From positions 24,242,001 to 24,306,000 of the forward strand of contig NC_043021.1 in the NCBI RefSeq assembly GCF_006345805.1: DNA of 64,000 nucleotides, in the 5' to 3' direction. A program made the translations under genes and the position numbers. Below the pieces are notes generated by a model, which did no database searches, had not been told where the DNA came from, and was given only the letters and a program-made list of their open reading frames with translations. The stretch is from Octopus sinensis. Taxonomy: Eukaryota. Every line of letters begins with the position of its first letter. Positions within the stretch are counted from its first letter, which is position 1. This document shows positions 13,484 through 24,560 of the stretch, in pieces.

Positions 13484-14076
13484 TACTTATTTATTTATTT
13501 ATTTATTTATTTTCTTTTTTTTCTTTCGATTCAATTTATTATTATTATTACTAGTATTGTTGTTATACATACATACATACATACATACATACATACATAC
13601 ATACATACATACATACAAGCATATGTAATGATAATAATAAGTGGATGTAAACACATGAACAAAATAAGAATAAACAAAAACAAAAGCAACAAAAACAAAA
13701 AACAAAATACAAATTACATGAACATATAAAATTACAAATTACATGAACATATATAAACAGAAGATAAAAATATTACAGACATCCCCCCACATACACACAC
13801 TAAATAAACATAAACGCACATAGAGATATAAGCATGCACAGATGAAGACATACAATAGAAATACAAAATGGCTGACGGTTAGTAAGGAGAGACACAAATA
13901 AGAAGGAAGAAAACAAAGGACCACTGATGCGGTCACAGGAGTGTGACGAAAGAACTCTGGCCGAAATAAGATTAAGATTAATGTAAAAAATAAATAACAC
14001 TGAAGCAAAATAACACCAAATATATAGTGCGTGTGTTTTTATTGGCTAAACTGGCAAAATGACCATTCCGAAATAT

Positions 14077-14084
<8 letters not shown>
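12613..14084 (+). mobile_element. Penelope-like element end: inverted arms 12613-13135 and 13346-14084 around a 210-bp spacer coding a GIY-YIG C-terminus
   Basis: The arms are reverse complements, microsatellites included. The spacer translates to SSILYQHAEQEH...IKILST...RQITEATHIIENKPSLNRKLEW, typical of Penelope endonuclease ends. Confidence 0.8.
13918..13962 (+). ncRNA. Type-I hammerhead-like motif, variant core (CUGAUGC-G)
   Basis: GGACCA CTGATGC G GTCACA ggag TGTGAC GAA AGAACT C TGGCC: perfect 6-bp stem II, short stem I, A9 replaced by C. Confidence 0.5.
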
Positions 14085-14132
<48 letters not shown>

Positions 14133-15210
14133 ATATATATCATATATATATATATATATATATATCATAACATCCAAGTATATGGGTATATACATACAAC
14201 TAGATACAGGCGCACACAACGATGGCTCATTACATCATTTCTCTGAATAGAATGTATAATTTTCGCGTTCGTCTTTGAATTTTTCACGTTTCAATTTTTC
14301 TATGATTTTTATTCATTCCCAAAGTTAATCGACATATAGCGCTACGTAAAGCCAGATCAGAAGATCTGTAGTGAGACTTTTTAGTTTTTGTATTTATGTA
14401 CACAAAGAGACACAGAACGGGTAGAAACATGTGTCGTACTAAAAAACAAATATTTTATTCCATCTATTTTATTAATACTACATATATTACTACACAGGCG
14501 CAGGAATGGCTGTGTGATAAGTAGCTTGCTAACGCACATGCACAATTAGTCAGTTGCTTCCTGAGTCAATCAGATCCGTCCAATTAAAGAAAAAAGACCA
14601 AAACGGAAAGTTGTCGAGGTAAGTGATTTTGTTTATTGTGAGTTGGGCATAATTTATTGCGTGCCAATTATTATTTCAGTAATTTGTGTCCAACTCTGAG
14701 ACAATTTCGCCTGCTCTCGGCAGCTGCCGTTTTTGTGTTCATTGAAAAAAAAAGAAAAAACAGTGGAGGGGCGTATCCTCAGAATTCAATACAGTTACTG
14801 TTAAAATTACCGTTGGCGGTAGCCAGTGCTGTGTTTGGGTTTGTTGAATTTATTCCCTTGTCAGAGTACTTCGCAAGAAAATTATAAAAATAAGCCACTA
14901 TTGGATTACCTTTCGGACCCATTTTTGTGGAGGTTGTGTTGCAGTTGCGGCGTTCCAGGTTCAACCCAGGCCGGGAGTACCGCAAGGCCAGAATATTTTT
15001 GCAGTGTTTTTTCTGTTTATTAACTTTCTTTTGAACTTCATTTAACCCCCCCTTTTGTTTTTTTTCTTTATTGCGACTTTCCGTTAATTTCTTCCCTTCT
15101 GTTGTGCTTTCTCCTTTTTGTTTTTTCAAAAATCTATCAAATTTTATTTGGACTTTTGAACTTTTTTCTTCCTGCTTTTGAGTTTAATTTGAATATATTT
15201 AAAAAAAAAC

Positions 15211-16443
15211 ATGGCAATGAAAAATAACAAAATTTTGGAGTGGGAAATCATACCACCTAAAAAGTGGTTAAAAGACCGTGAAGATAGACGGTGGTGTTGA
15301 AACCTACTCCAAGGCACTTGACACCATCGCCCTATTCGAAAAGACGGCAATTGAAAAGGAGTTGGAAGAGTATTTGCCAACAATTAAATTCATTTCCAGG
15401 GGTGTCAAATATGCAACGGTGTGGTTGCTATTTGACATCCCTGAAGAAGCTTGCAAATTTGCTAGCAAACCTCTGGAGGGTAAGGAAATCTTATTCCTGC
15501 CCACGTACAAAAAAAAGAAATTGATGAAAGCTTGGATTTGCGGACTGCCACCCGACATAGAACCCGAGTGGATAGAGGAGACTATCGGCCGGGGTCTGGG
15601 TGACAGCGAAACTAAGCTCCTCAATGTAAAAGTTCTTCCTGCAGCTGCTTGGGTTGGGTCAAAAGCAATTTTGACCCTGTGGACCCAATCAGCCAATCTG
15701 GTTCTTTCAGATTTTTTGAAAATGGCCGGGTGCAGGTACCCGGTGATGCTTGAGGGTCGCCCCCCTAAGTGTCATCGGTGCTTGGAGTCCGGCCACATAA
15801 AGAAGAACTGTCCTCGGGAACAAAATAGGATCCCGGAACAGTTAAGTAAAACCCCTCTAGAAGAGGGAACGATAACGGTCCGAGAAAGCAGAGGACTCCT
15901 CAAACAGGCCGAAAGAGGAAGGTGAGCAACAATGGGTGCTCACCAAGGATAATAGGGATGAGGAGGAGGAAGGCGAATCTTCCAGCCACGGAGGAGACGC
16001 ACCCTCCCTCAGTTGAAAAGGGAAAAAAAAGAAAAAGAGGAAGAAACGGGACATTACCGGCTGTCAGTGTAGCACCGGAATGTCCCGGAACTACGTCGGT
16101 TGGGGTTGTGCCACCGACAAGAGAAGGAATACCGTTGGCGGAAACTGTGCCGCCAACGAAAGTACTGAACGTATTGGTCCTCTTCTATAGAGGAGGAGAA
16201 ATTGAAAAAGTGATGGAAGAGCACTACAAGGGAGCACCTTTAGCCTTCACACAGGACCCCGAATGGCCTCCGCAGTTAGCTGTGGAGGCCGTGGCGTTCG
16301 ACGTGACGCTTGGGCTAAAGGAGCTCAATGAAGATTATAACTTGGTCCCGGGCGACGCGAACTCGGAACTTGACTACGTTCTGAGGGAGGCGTGGTTGAT
16401 GGTGGAGGGCGCGGGCACAAGCTATTTCGAGGACGATATGTAA
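15211..16443 (+). pseudogene. Frameshifted ORF1/gag-like protein with CCHC zinc knuckle
   Basis: ATG at 15211. ORF 15278-15925 has an RRM-like region (KAWICGLPPDI) and CHRCLESGHIKKNC (15770-15811). It continues through an acidic/basic linker (KKRKRGR) into ORF 15922-16443. Confidence 0.8.
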
Positions 16444-16455
16444 TTATTGAACTGT

Positions 16456-16585
16456 TATTATTAGTATGGACTTAAGTCCAAAAATTGAAAAATTGTAAGA
16501 GGATTAATACCTCGTTTTGTATTAATAATGGATTGCTAAGTCCAAAAACTGGAAAAATTGTAAGAGGTTTAATACCTCGTTTTGT
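16456..16585 (+). repeat. ~65-bp tandem duplication in the 3' UTR of the ORF1-only element
   Basis: TAAGTCCAAAAA.TG.AAAATTGTAAGAGG.TTAATACCTCGTTTTGT occurs twice. Confidence 0.9.
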
Positions 16586-17542
16586 GTTTATCTTTAAAAA
16601 GAACAATGTTTTAGAGAAGCGAAAGTCGGCGGGCGCTTTTTGTCTTCTCCCATCCTTATCATCTTTCTTTCATTATCATTCACCTCATTAATGTCCTCGT
16701 CCAGCCCGCAAAGCTAACTTAATCTGTGTACTGCCTTTATGGCAAATGTTTTGAAATAAAGTAGCTTGCTAACCGACCACATGGTTCCGGGTTCAGTCCC
16801 ACTGCGTGGCATCTAGGGTAAGTGTCTTCTGCTATAGCCCCGGGCCGACCAATGCCTTGTGAGTAGATTTGGTAGACGGAAACTGAAAGAAGCTTGTCGT
16901 TTATTATATATATATATATATATAATATATATATATGTGTGGTGTGTGTGTTTGTGTGTCTGTGTTTGTCCCCCTAGCATTGACAACCGATGCTGGCGTG
17001 TTTACGTCCCCGTCACTTAGCGGTTCGGCAAAAAAGAGACCGATAGAATAAGTACTGGGGTTACATAGAATAAGTCCCGGGGTCGATATGCTCGACTAAA
17101 GGTGGTGCTCCAGCATGGCCGCAGTCAAATGACTGAAACAAGTAAAAGAGTAAAAGAGTATATACGATGATGAACTCTTCTGTCGAAGATGACGTACGAG
17201 TGTTCAGCTTTTGTCGAACGACCTGCAAAAAGGATTTGTTTATGATGATAAAATGTTCGTGCCGCACATTTGCTCAGTCCCTTTATCAAATTGACGTCGT
17301 CTGAACAAGTGCACGGTGTACATCGTGTCAGGAGTCGAAGGGATTGTAGAAAAACGTGATGTAAAGAGGCTTGTTCAAGAACACAACGCACCATCCGGTC
17401 TTGGAATTGAAAGCTAAGCCATGAACAAACTCACACACACACACATGTATATATATGTATATATGTTAGAAATATTAAATTTCTAAATGTCTCAGAGAGA
17501 CATGAGCGGTCGTGGTGCGACAGAGTGCTTGTATAAAGTCAA

Positions 17543-17761
17543 CGTAAAGGAAATTACACCACCGCTATTTAGCCCAAGGAAGCATCGACACTTCCTGTCA
17601 CCTTTGACACATTTCCTGTGTCCTTATATTTGCGATGGAGAGACAAGCACTCCCACCAGCTAGGACTAGCACCTAGAGACATGCCTGTTTCTGAGTCTTG
17701 CTCGTCATCAGTCATCAATCCTAGACTAGGGCTAAATAGCGGTGGTGTAATTCCCTTTACG
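17543..17761. mobile_element. ~220-bp cassette with 33-bp terminal inverted repeats
   Basis: CGTAAAGGAAATTACACCACCGCTATTTAGCCC (17543-17575) is the reverse complement of 17729-17761 with one mismatch; no TSD seen. Confidence 0.7.
17678..17711 (-). ncRNA. Hammerhead ribozyme core with GUC cleavage triplet
   Basis: Minus strand: CTGATGA C GAG caaga CTC A GAA ACA ggca TGT C. Proximal stem I is only 2 bp. Confidence 0.6.
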
Positions 17762-18172
17762 GGACTGTCACGTTATTTTGACAGTATACAACCTCTCTCT
17801 CTCTCTCTCTCTCTATATAATATATATATATATATATATATAATATATATATATATGCGAAGCAAAAGATCTTCTTCGATCCAGCATTCGAGATCTGAAA
17901 GTTTTAGCAGGTGTAGACACATTGACGAGTTTCTTTTATCGAATTGGAAGGCACCACTCGTTCCGGATTGAGTTGCTGTCTCGCAGACTTTGACATATCA
18001 TAACGTTATTTTGTTTTAAACCGCTTGTACTTGATGTGCTTCCTGCAATCAGGGAGGTCGAGGATCGTAGCTCGGGATTTCATTTCCTTTTTATTGTTCC
18101 TCCTTTATTGTTTATCCACGTTGTTTTCTTATTTTCTGACTGTACAGCGTCTTCGTTTTTTAAGTTATATAT

Positions 18173-18596
18173 AGGCGCAGGAGTGGCTGTGTGGTAAGTA
18201 GCTTGCTAACCAATCACATGGTTCTGGGTTCAGTCCCACTGCGTGGCATCTTGGGCAAGTGTCTTCTGCTATAGCCCCAGGCCGACCAATGCCTTGTGAG
18301 TAGATTTGGTAGACGGAAACTGAAACAAGCCTGTCGTATATATGTATATATGTATATATATGTGTGTGTGTATGTGTGTGTGTTTGTGTGTGTGTGTGTT
18401 TGCCCCCCTAGCATTGCTTGACAACCGATGCTGGTGTGTTTACGTCCCCATCACTTAGCGGTTCGGCAAAAGAGACCGATAGAATAAGTACTGGGCTTAC
18501 AAAGAATAAGTCCTGGGGTCGATTTGCTCGACTAAAGGCGGTGCTCCAGCACGGCCGCAGTCAAATGACTGAAACAAGTAAAAGAGTAAAAGAGTA
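18173..18596 (+). mobile_element. SINE family 1, full length
   Basis: Same head, internal TA/TG tract and tail as the other copies. Confidence 0.95.
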
Positions 18597-18716
18597 TAAC
18601 GCATAACCAGAGTCTGAAAGATTGCTTTAAGATACATGGAGTATTTTATCATTATGCCTGTTCAAATATCATATTAGCATGAAACTATTTATGGCTTATC
18701 CGATTGTATATTTAAT

Positions 18717-18719
<3 letters not shown>

Positions 18720-18751
<32 letters not shown>

Positions 18752-18892
18752 CACACGCACACACACACACAACCCCACATATATATATATATATATATAT
18801 TTACTTATATATATATATATGCATATCACCTCACTGTCTGGATGTTTTGCGTTCTTGTCCCATTTTTTGATTATATATATATATATTATACA

Positions 18893-18953
<61 letters not shown>

Positions 18954-19064
18954 CATATATATATATATACATATATTATATATATAATATATATATACAT
19001 ATATATATATAGACATATATATATATATAATATTATATATATATATATATATATTATATTATAC

Positions 19065-19121
<57 letters not shown>

Positions 19122-19346
19122 TATATAATATACACACGTAATAGAATAATACATACATATACCCGTAATATAATAATAATAATAATATATATAAAAGAAA
19201 ATGAGATGACTTAGGAACAAACGATTATTTTATAAACATCTTTAGCTGACAGATGTTTCTGCTATACAATGCTATGCACTTCTACTTGAGTGCTTCAGTA
19301 ACATCTAATAGCTTCAGTCTCGCAAAGCAAACTTTGTAAGATATAC

Positions 19347-19378
<32 letters not shown>

Positions 19379-19425
19379 GATATATTATATTACACACAAG
19401 CACACACAGTACAACAGTTATATAT

Positions 19426-19486
<61 letters not shown>

Positions 19487-19520
19487 ATATAGATATATTA
19501 CATATATACATATATATATA

Positions 19521-19560
<40 letters not shown>
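18720..19560. repeat. Extended CA and degenerate (TA)n tracts
   Basis: Visible simple repeats. Confidence 0.9.
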
Positions 19561-19563
<3 letters not shown>

Positions 19564-20014
19564 TACATGTACACATCCATAATATATGCGATACAAAGGA
19601 CCAATTGTTTTTAGACAATATACTATACGATATTGCATCCTACTCTATGATTTGCTTTCGACTTTTATTATTCCATAACTGATGTGAATCTCCACTTGTT
19701 TGAAGCAGCTAAACTCCATAATTTCTCTTTCTACTTATCTGTCTAACAACTATATAAACTATTGATTTCCTTCACAAAAAAAAACCCATCTCTTCCCACG
19801 CTAATAGCTCACCTCCCGCCGCCACCTTTCGTTCTGTCATTTCCTACACTTCCCTACAACGGCAGTCTGATAAGGATGTCTTTCTTTATCGCAGGCATTT
19901 TGTGAATTACTTGTTTGTTTATTTTTTTTGCACTCAGCTTTCTTTTACTTTTTAGGCTGTGACTGTCTCATATATGGGTTTGTGTGTTCTGTATATATAT
20001 ATATATATATATAT

Positions 20015-20366
20015 GACGTAAACACACCAGCATCGGTTGTCAAGCAATGCTAGGGGGACAAACACAGACACACACACATATATATACATATATACGACAG
20101 GCTTCTTTCAGTTTCCGTCTACCAAATCCACTCACAAGGCATTGGTCGGCCCGGGCTATATCAGAAGACACTCGCCCAAGACGCCACGCAGTGGGACTGA
20201 ACCCGCAACCATGTGGTTGGTTAGCAAGCTACTTACCACACAGCCACCGGTTCGGCAAAAGAGACTGGGCTTACAAAGAATAAGTCCCGGGGTCGATTTG
20301 CTCGACTAAAGCGGTGCTCCAGCATGGCCGCAGTCAAATGACTGAAACAAGTAAAAGAGTAAAAGA

Positions 20367-20368
<2 letters not shown>
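20015..20368. mobile_element. SINE family 1 with inverted 5' half (20015-20247 minus; 20248-20368 plus)
   Basis: The reverse-complemented head joins directly to CGGTTCGGCAAAAGAGAC and the plus-strand tail. Confidence 0.88.
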
Positions 20369-20447
<79 letters not shown>

Positions 20448-20704
20448 GATATGCGTACATATGTACCAACATATCAAATCCCTTTGTTCCTCACAGCCTT
20501 TACTTAATTTCACATTCATCGATCCTCATATTTATAGCGCTAACTTTCAACATAAGTTTGCCATTTCAGCCATTTTGTTCGCCCGTATTATACTTTCAGC
20601 CAATCACAATGTCTTGCCCTTTATTTTTGTTGTTTGTCTTTTGTTTCTTATCCTCTTTAGAATAGAACGCGCACACAGCACACACGCACACACACACACA
20701 CACA

Positions 20705-20754
<50 letters not shown>

Positions 20755-21389
20755 CACACACACACTCCTACGACATTGTAGAATAACCTTGTGAGACAAT
20801 GGAAGAATCGAATGTCTTCTGGGTTTTTATTCGTCTCACCACACACAACCCTTCACTCAATTCCTACATCTCTTCCCTTGTCACTTTCATTTTCTTTCTC
20901 CAAATCTTTCCTCCCTGCATGAAATCTGCACCGACACCGTAACCCCCCCCCCCCAAAAAAAAAAAAAAAAGAAGCACGCACACACATACATCCAAACAAA
21001 AGCCTCGAGGCCTCGAAAATTTTTCCCGAATGGTTTCATGTCATTCGTGTTTCCGTCCTATTTAGGGAATCAACAACTCCCATCCGGACCCATCCGGGCC
21101 CATCCTTCTATCGTTACGGTTCAATAGTTGAAATTAGTAGTAAAATAAATAGTCATGGAAGACATCATCGATGTGGAGGCCACATCACCACCGCTGCATT
21201 ATATATTTTGCATGCATGGGAGAAGTAGAGTTGATTGGGCATCAAACACTTTTTCTTTGAATTATTGGAAAAGATGAAATGACATCAAATTGTAATCCGA
21301 TCTCATAAACAAACAACACGACTGAACTATGTAGGCTCGAACACGGATGCTCATACATGTGCACACACATAAGCGCACGCGCGCATTTA

Positions 21390-21426
<37 letters not shown>

Positions 21427-22323
21427 ACACATCTTCCAGTCAGAAAGTCGAATAGATAAAAATAGGAATTACAACCGTGTTTCGTGGTCTTCTACCACAA
21501 CAGCACCTTTATAGGATCCAGTTAGCTCAAGACATCATCTGGAGGAACCACGTCCGGTTTCGGCCCCTACTCCTTTACCGTTTTGACGTGCCCCCCCCCC
21601 CCCTTTCGGAGGTGTCTTCAGCCCTGATGTTGGGTGCATGTCTTCTTTCTTCTGTTCCCTGGCCTCTTCGATGTATGGGGAAGAAAATAAACGGTTTTCC
21701 TCCGACACACATAAATGCGAGTGCGCGCACAGTTCACACGTACACATGCACACATAACCATACATACATATTCTCTCAAAAAAGCTCTACGCCACACAAA
21801 CACACATCCGCACAAATACTCACACACACGCACATACACACGTTCTCTCTCTTTTTCTCTCCCCTCTCAAATACATTCCCACTCACACCCATAAAACTAC
21901 ACATCTATAGAACCTAAACCCAAAAGACGCACAGACAGATCTGAAGATGACCATATGTAGATTGGACTTGTAACGGAAGATGTTATGGGTGGCGAGGAAA
22001 GTATTTTGTCAAATACAACTGATTGATGGACGAACCGAATTATTCATCCAACAGTTAATCTACAAATAGTTAAGAAGTGAAATAGAACCAGTGCGTGTTA
22101 ATTATTAGTATAATGACACGGTTGAGATTCAACAAAATATGTTTCAACACACGAATTCACATCAAGAATCTTGAAAGCCAAATACAAAAATTAAATCTTT
22201 GCCTCCACTTCCTTCTCCTCCTCATCATCATTATCGCCACCATCCTCCTCTTCCTGTCACCAACACCACCACCTCTATTGTAGCTCTTACATACGGTGGT
22301 ACCTGAGAGTTCGTTCGTTTCCT

Positions 22324-22372
<49 letters not shown>

Positions 22373-22664
22373 CTTATTGGGTATTGTATTGCCTGTTCTA
22401 CTGTAATCAACTGTGCCTGTTTCTTGCTATAAAACAACAGTAAAGCCCGGCCAGCAGGTTTCGAGATTAGACAGGAAGAATAGATTAGCGATTAATGGAG
22501 GCTAATGAGAAGTAATTCCGATGTAAGACACGCATCAGTAATTCTTCATGTGTGACAAGATCCCAAGTCAGATCAATTCTCAATCACATATCGATCACAG
22601 TTCCTCCCCTAAAAGCACAGATTATGCGACAAGAAGATAAAGATGATAAAGATGACAAGAAGAT

Positions 22665-23092
22665 AGGAGCAGGAGTGGCTGTGTGGTAAGTAGCTTGTTA
22701 ACTAACCACATGGTTCCGGGTTCAGTCCCACTGCGTGGCATCTTAGGCAAGTGTCTTCTGCTATACCCCCGGGCCGACCAATGCCTTGTGAATGGATTTG
22801 GTAGACGGAAACTGAAAGAAGCCTGTCGTATATATGTATATATATATATGTATGTATGTGTGTGTGTGTGTGTTTGTGTGTCTGTGTTTGTCCCCCTAGC
22901 ATTGCTTGACAACCGATGCTGGTGTGTTTACGTCCCCGTCACTTAGCGGTTCGGCAAAAGAGACCGATAGAATAAGTACTGGGCTTACAAAGAATAAGTC
23001 CCGGGGTCGATTTGCTCAACTAAAGGCGGTGCTCCAGCATGGCCGCAGTCAAATGACTGAAACAAGTAAAAGAGTAAAAAGAGAAAAGAGTA
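22665..23092 (+). mobile_element. SINE family 1, full length
   Basis: Complete head to tail. Confidence 0.95.
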
Positions 23093-23333
23093 TGATGGTG
23101 GTAACGGCGGTAGTGATGTGGCGGAGTTGTCAGTGCTGATGGTGGGGGGGTGATGGGGATGCTGATAATGATGATCAAGGTGATGATGATAACGAAGAAG
23201 AAGTTAGACCTGAGAAGTCCCAGAATTCCCAGAAACTTGTTCTTGAATTCAACAAGCAAAGCTGCCTTTAAATATAATTCATATATATATATATATATAT
23301 ATATCAAAAATAAGCAACAAGAATGAATCCGGT

Positions 23334-23425
23334 AATTTAGTACAATTGTTTCATACTACAACATTTTATTAAAAGCTGTAAATATTACAGCAGATTTAAG
23401 ATGCCGAGTAATCTTCAGCTAATTT
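23334..23425 (-). ncRNA. Type-I hammerhead with long stem II in a Penelope-like tail repeat
   Basis: Minus: AAATTAG CTGAAGA TTACTCGGCAT...ATGTTGTAGTAT GAA ACAATTGT A CTAAATT. Confidence 0.7.
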
Positions 23426-23940
23426 TATATAGGTTTTCCAATAATGTAAAGTTCTCAGATCAATTAATAACATCTTAGGGAAGGTAACTATACAGATAAT
23501 GATGTAAATATGAATCTCAGGAACATGAGGTAGTGTAGTTAGGATGCCAACTGACCAACATTTTGTTCACAACTGACTGTCGTAAGAAAATTTCCTTAGT
23601 TATAAGAATGGGTGTTAGGGCAGGTCAAGAAATCAAGTTAGTTGAAGAAAAGAAGGGGAAAATTCAGGAGATGTAAAATAAGAACAGATTGTCACTAGAA
23701 CAAAAGGTCAATCTATTTATGTGGTGACAAAAGATTTAGGTCAATGTAGAAAGATCATTAAATTCTTAGGAGCATATGAGGTAGAAAGTCAGCTACTAAA
23801 CTGACCAAACCTTACTTTCAACTGAAAGCCATCAAAATTTTTAAACAAAGGGTAAAATTAATTAATTAAGAAGTAATCAATAATTTCATCAAGTAGAATT
23901 CGGCATGAAAAAAGGACCATTTCACGGTAAACTTAAGTAA

Positions 23941-24223
23941 TACTTAATAATTAGGGTTCAACAAAGATTTGCTTTACCACATACCGAAGTTTAGAAATAG
24001 CAGCCAAAAACATGTTAGCTATTTCTTCTACTTTAAAAAGGGACTCCCAGAAAAACCAAAATACTTGAAAGCAATCCTCTCTGCCTGTGTGGATTGTTTT
24101 CAAGTATTTTGGTTTTTCTGGGAGTCCCTTTTTAAAGTAGAAATAGCTAACGTTTTTTGGATGCTATTTCTAAACTTCGGTATGTGGTAAAGCAAATCTT
24201 TGCTGAACCCTAATTATTAAGTA
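23941..24223. repeat. 283-bp near-perfect palindrome (fold-back or MITE-like)
   Basis: TACTTAATAATTAGGGTTC... arms of ~135 bp pair to a short loop near 24078-24090. Confidence 0.9.
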
Positions 24224-24289
24224 TATATATATATATATAAACTATAGGTATGGTAGATGAGTTCAGTAAAAAATTAGATTCAGATGAAT

Positions 24290-24560
24290 ATGGTACTTGA
24301 GTTGAGGCACCGGAATTTAGTACGGTATTATCCATACAATTTCAAAATATGGAGATTAAAATCAAAATAAGCAACAAGGATATCCAGAGGTAATGCAGTA
24401 CGATCGTTTCATGCAACTCCATTTAATTGAACAATGCAATCATTTCATTACGTTAATTTAAAATGTAGATCAATCTTCAGCTGCACAAAGACAGAATTTA
24501 ATTAAATTAGAACAGAAGGACACATTAGTATAATTTTACCTAAAATTTCCAAGAAATTAA
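24290..24560. mobile_element. Penelope-like tail repeat (homologous to 55287-55505, 55612-55772 and 23303-23480)
   Basis: Shared TCAAAATAAGCAACAAG and GGTACTT.AGTTGA.GCACC.GAATTTAGTA blocks; carries a hammerhead. Confidence 0.65.
24393..24486 (-). ncRNA. Type-I hammerhead with long stem II
   Basis: Minus: GTGCAG CTGAAGA (long imperfect stem II) GAA ACGATCGT A CTGCAT; 6-bp stem I, palindromic stem III, GUA triplet. Confidence 0.75.

Larger units (their letters stand above)
14534..16758 (+). mobile_element. Non-autonomous ORF1-only (HAL1/Tx1-L1-like) retroelement with 15-bp TSD
   Basis: AAGTAGCTTGCTAAC at 14519-14533 and 16759-16773. Internal gag/ORF1-like coding region, no RT or endonuclease seen, ends in ...GAAATAA(A). 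Confidence 0.8.
14496..17160 (+). mobile_element. tRNA-derived SINE (family 1), split by a 2.2-kb insertion; SINE parts 14496-14533 and 16759-17160
   Basis: A-box-like TGGCTGTGTG, B-box-like GGTTCAGTCCC, tail CAGTCAAATGACTGAAACAAGTAAAAGAGT. The halves join co-linearly with the other copies. Confidence 0.92.

Noticed and set aside
14779-15129. 116-aa antisense ORF in the ORF1-only element
   Set aside because: Lys-rich product of a T-rich plus strand; no recognisable domain.
21545-21625. Minus-strand CTGAAGA...GAAACCGGAC hammerhead candidate and ORF 21535-21765
   Set aside because: No valid cleavage triplet or stem I; the ORF is short, starts in a microsatellite and has no homology signal.
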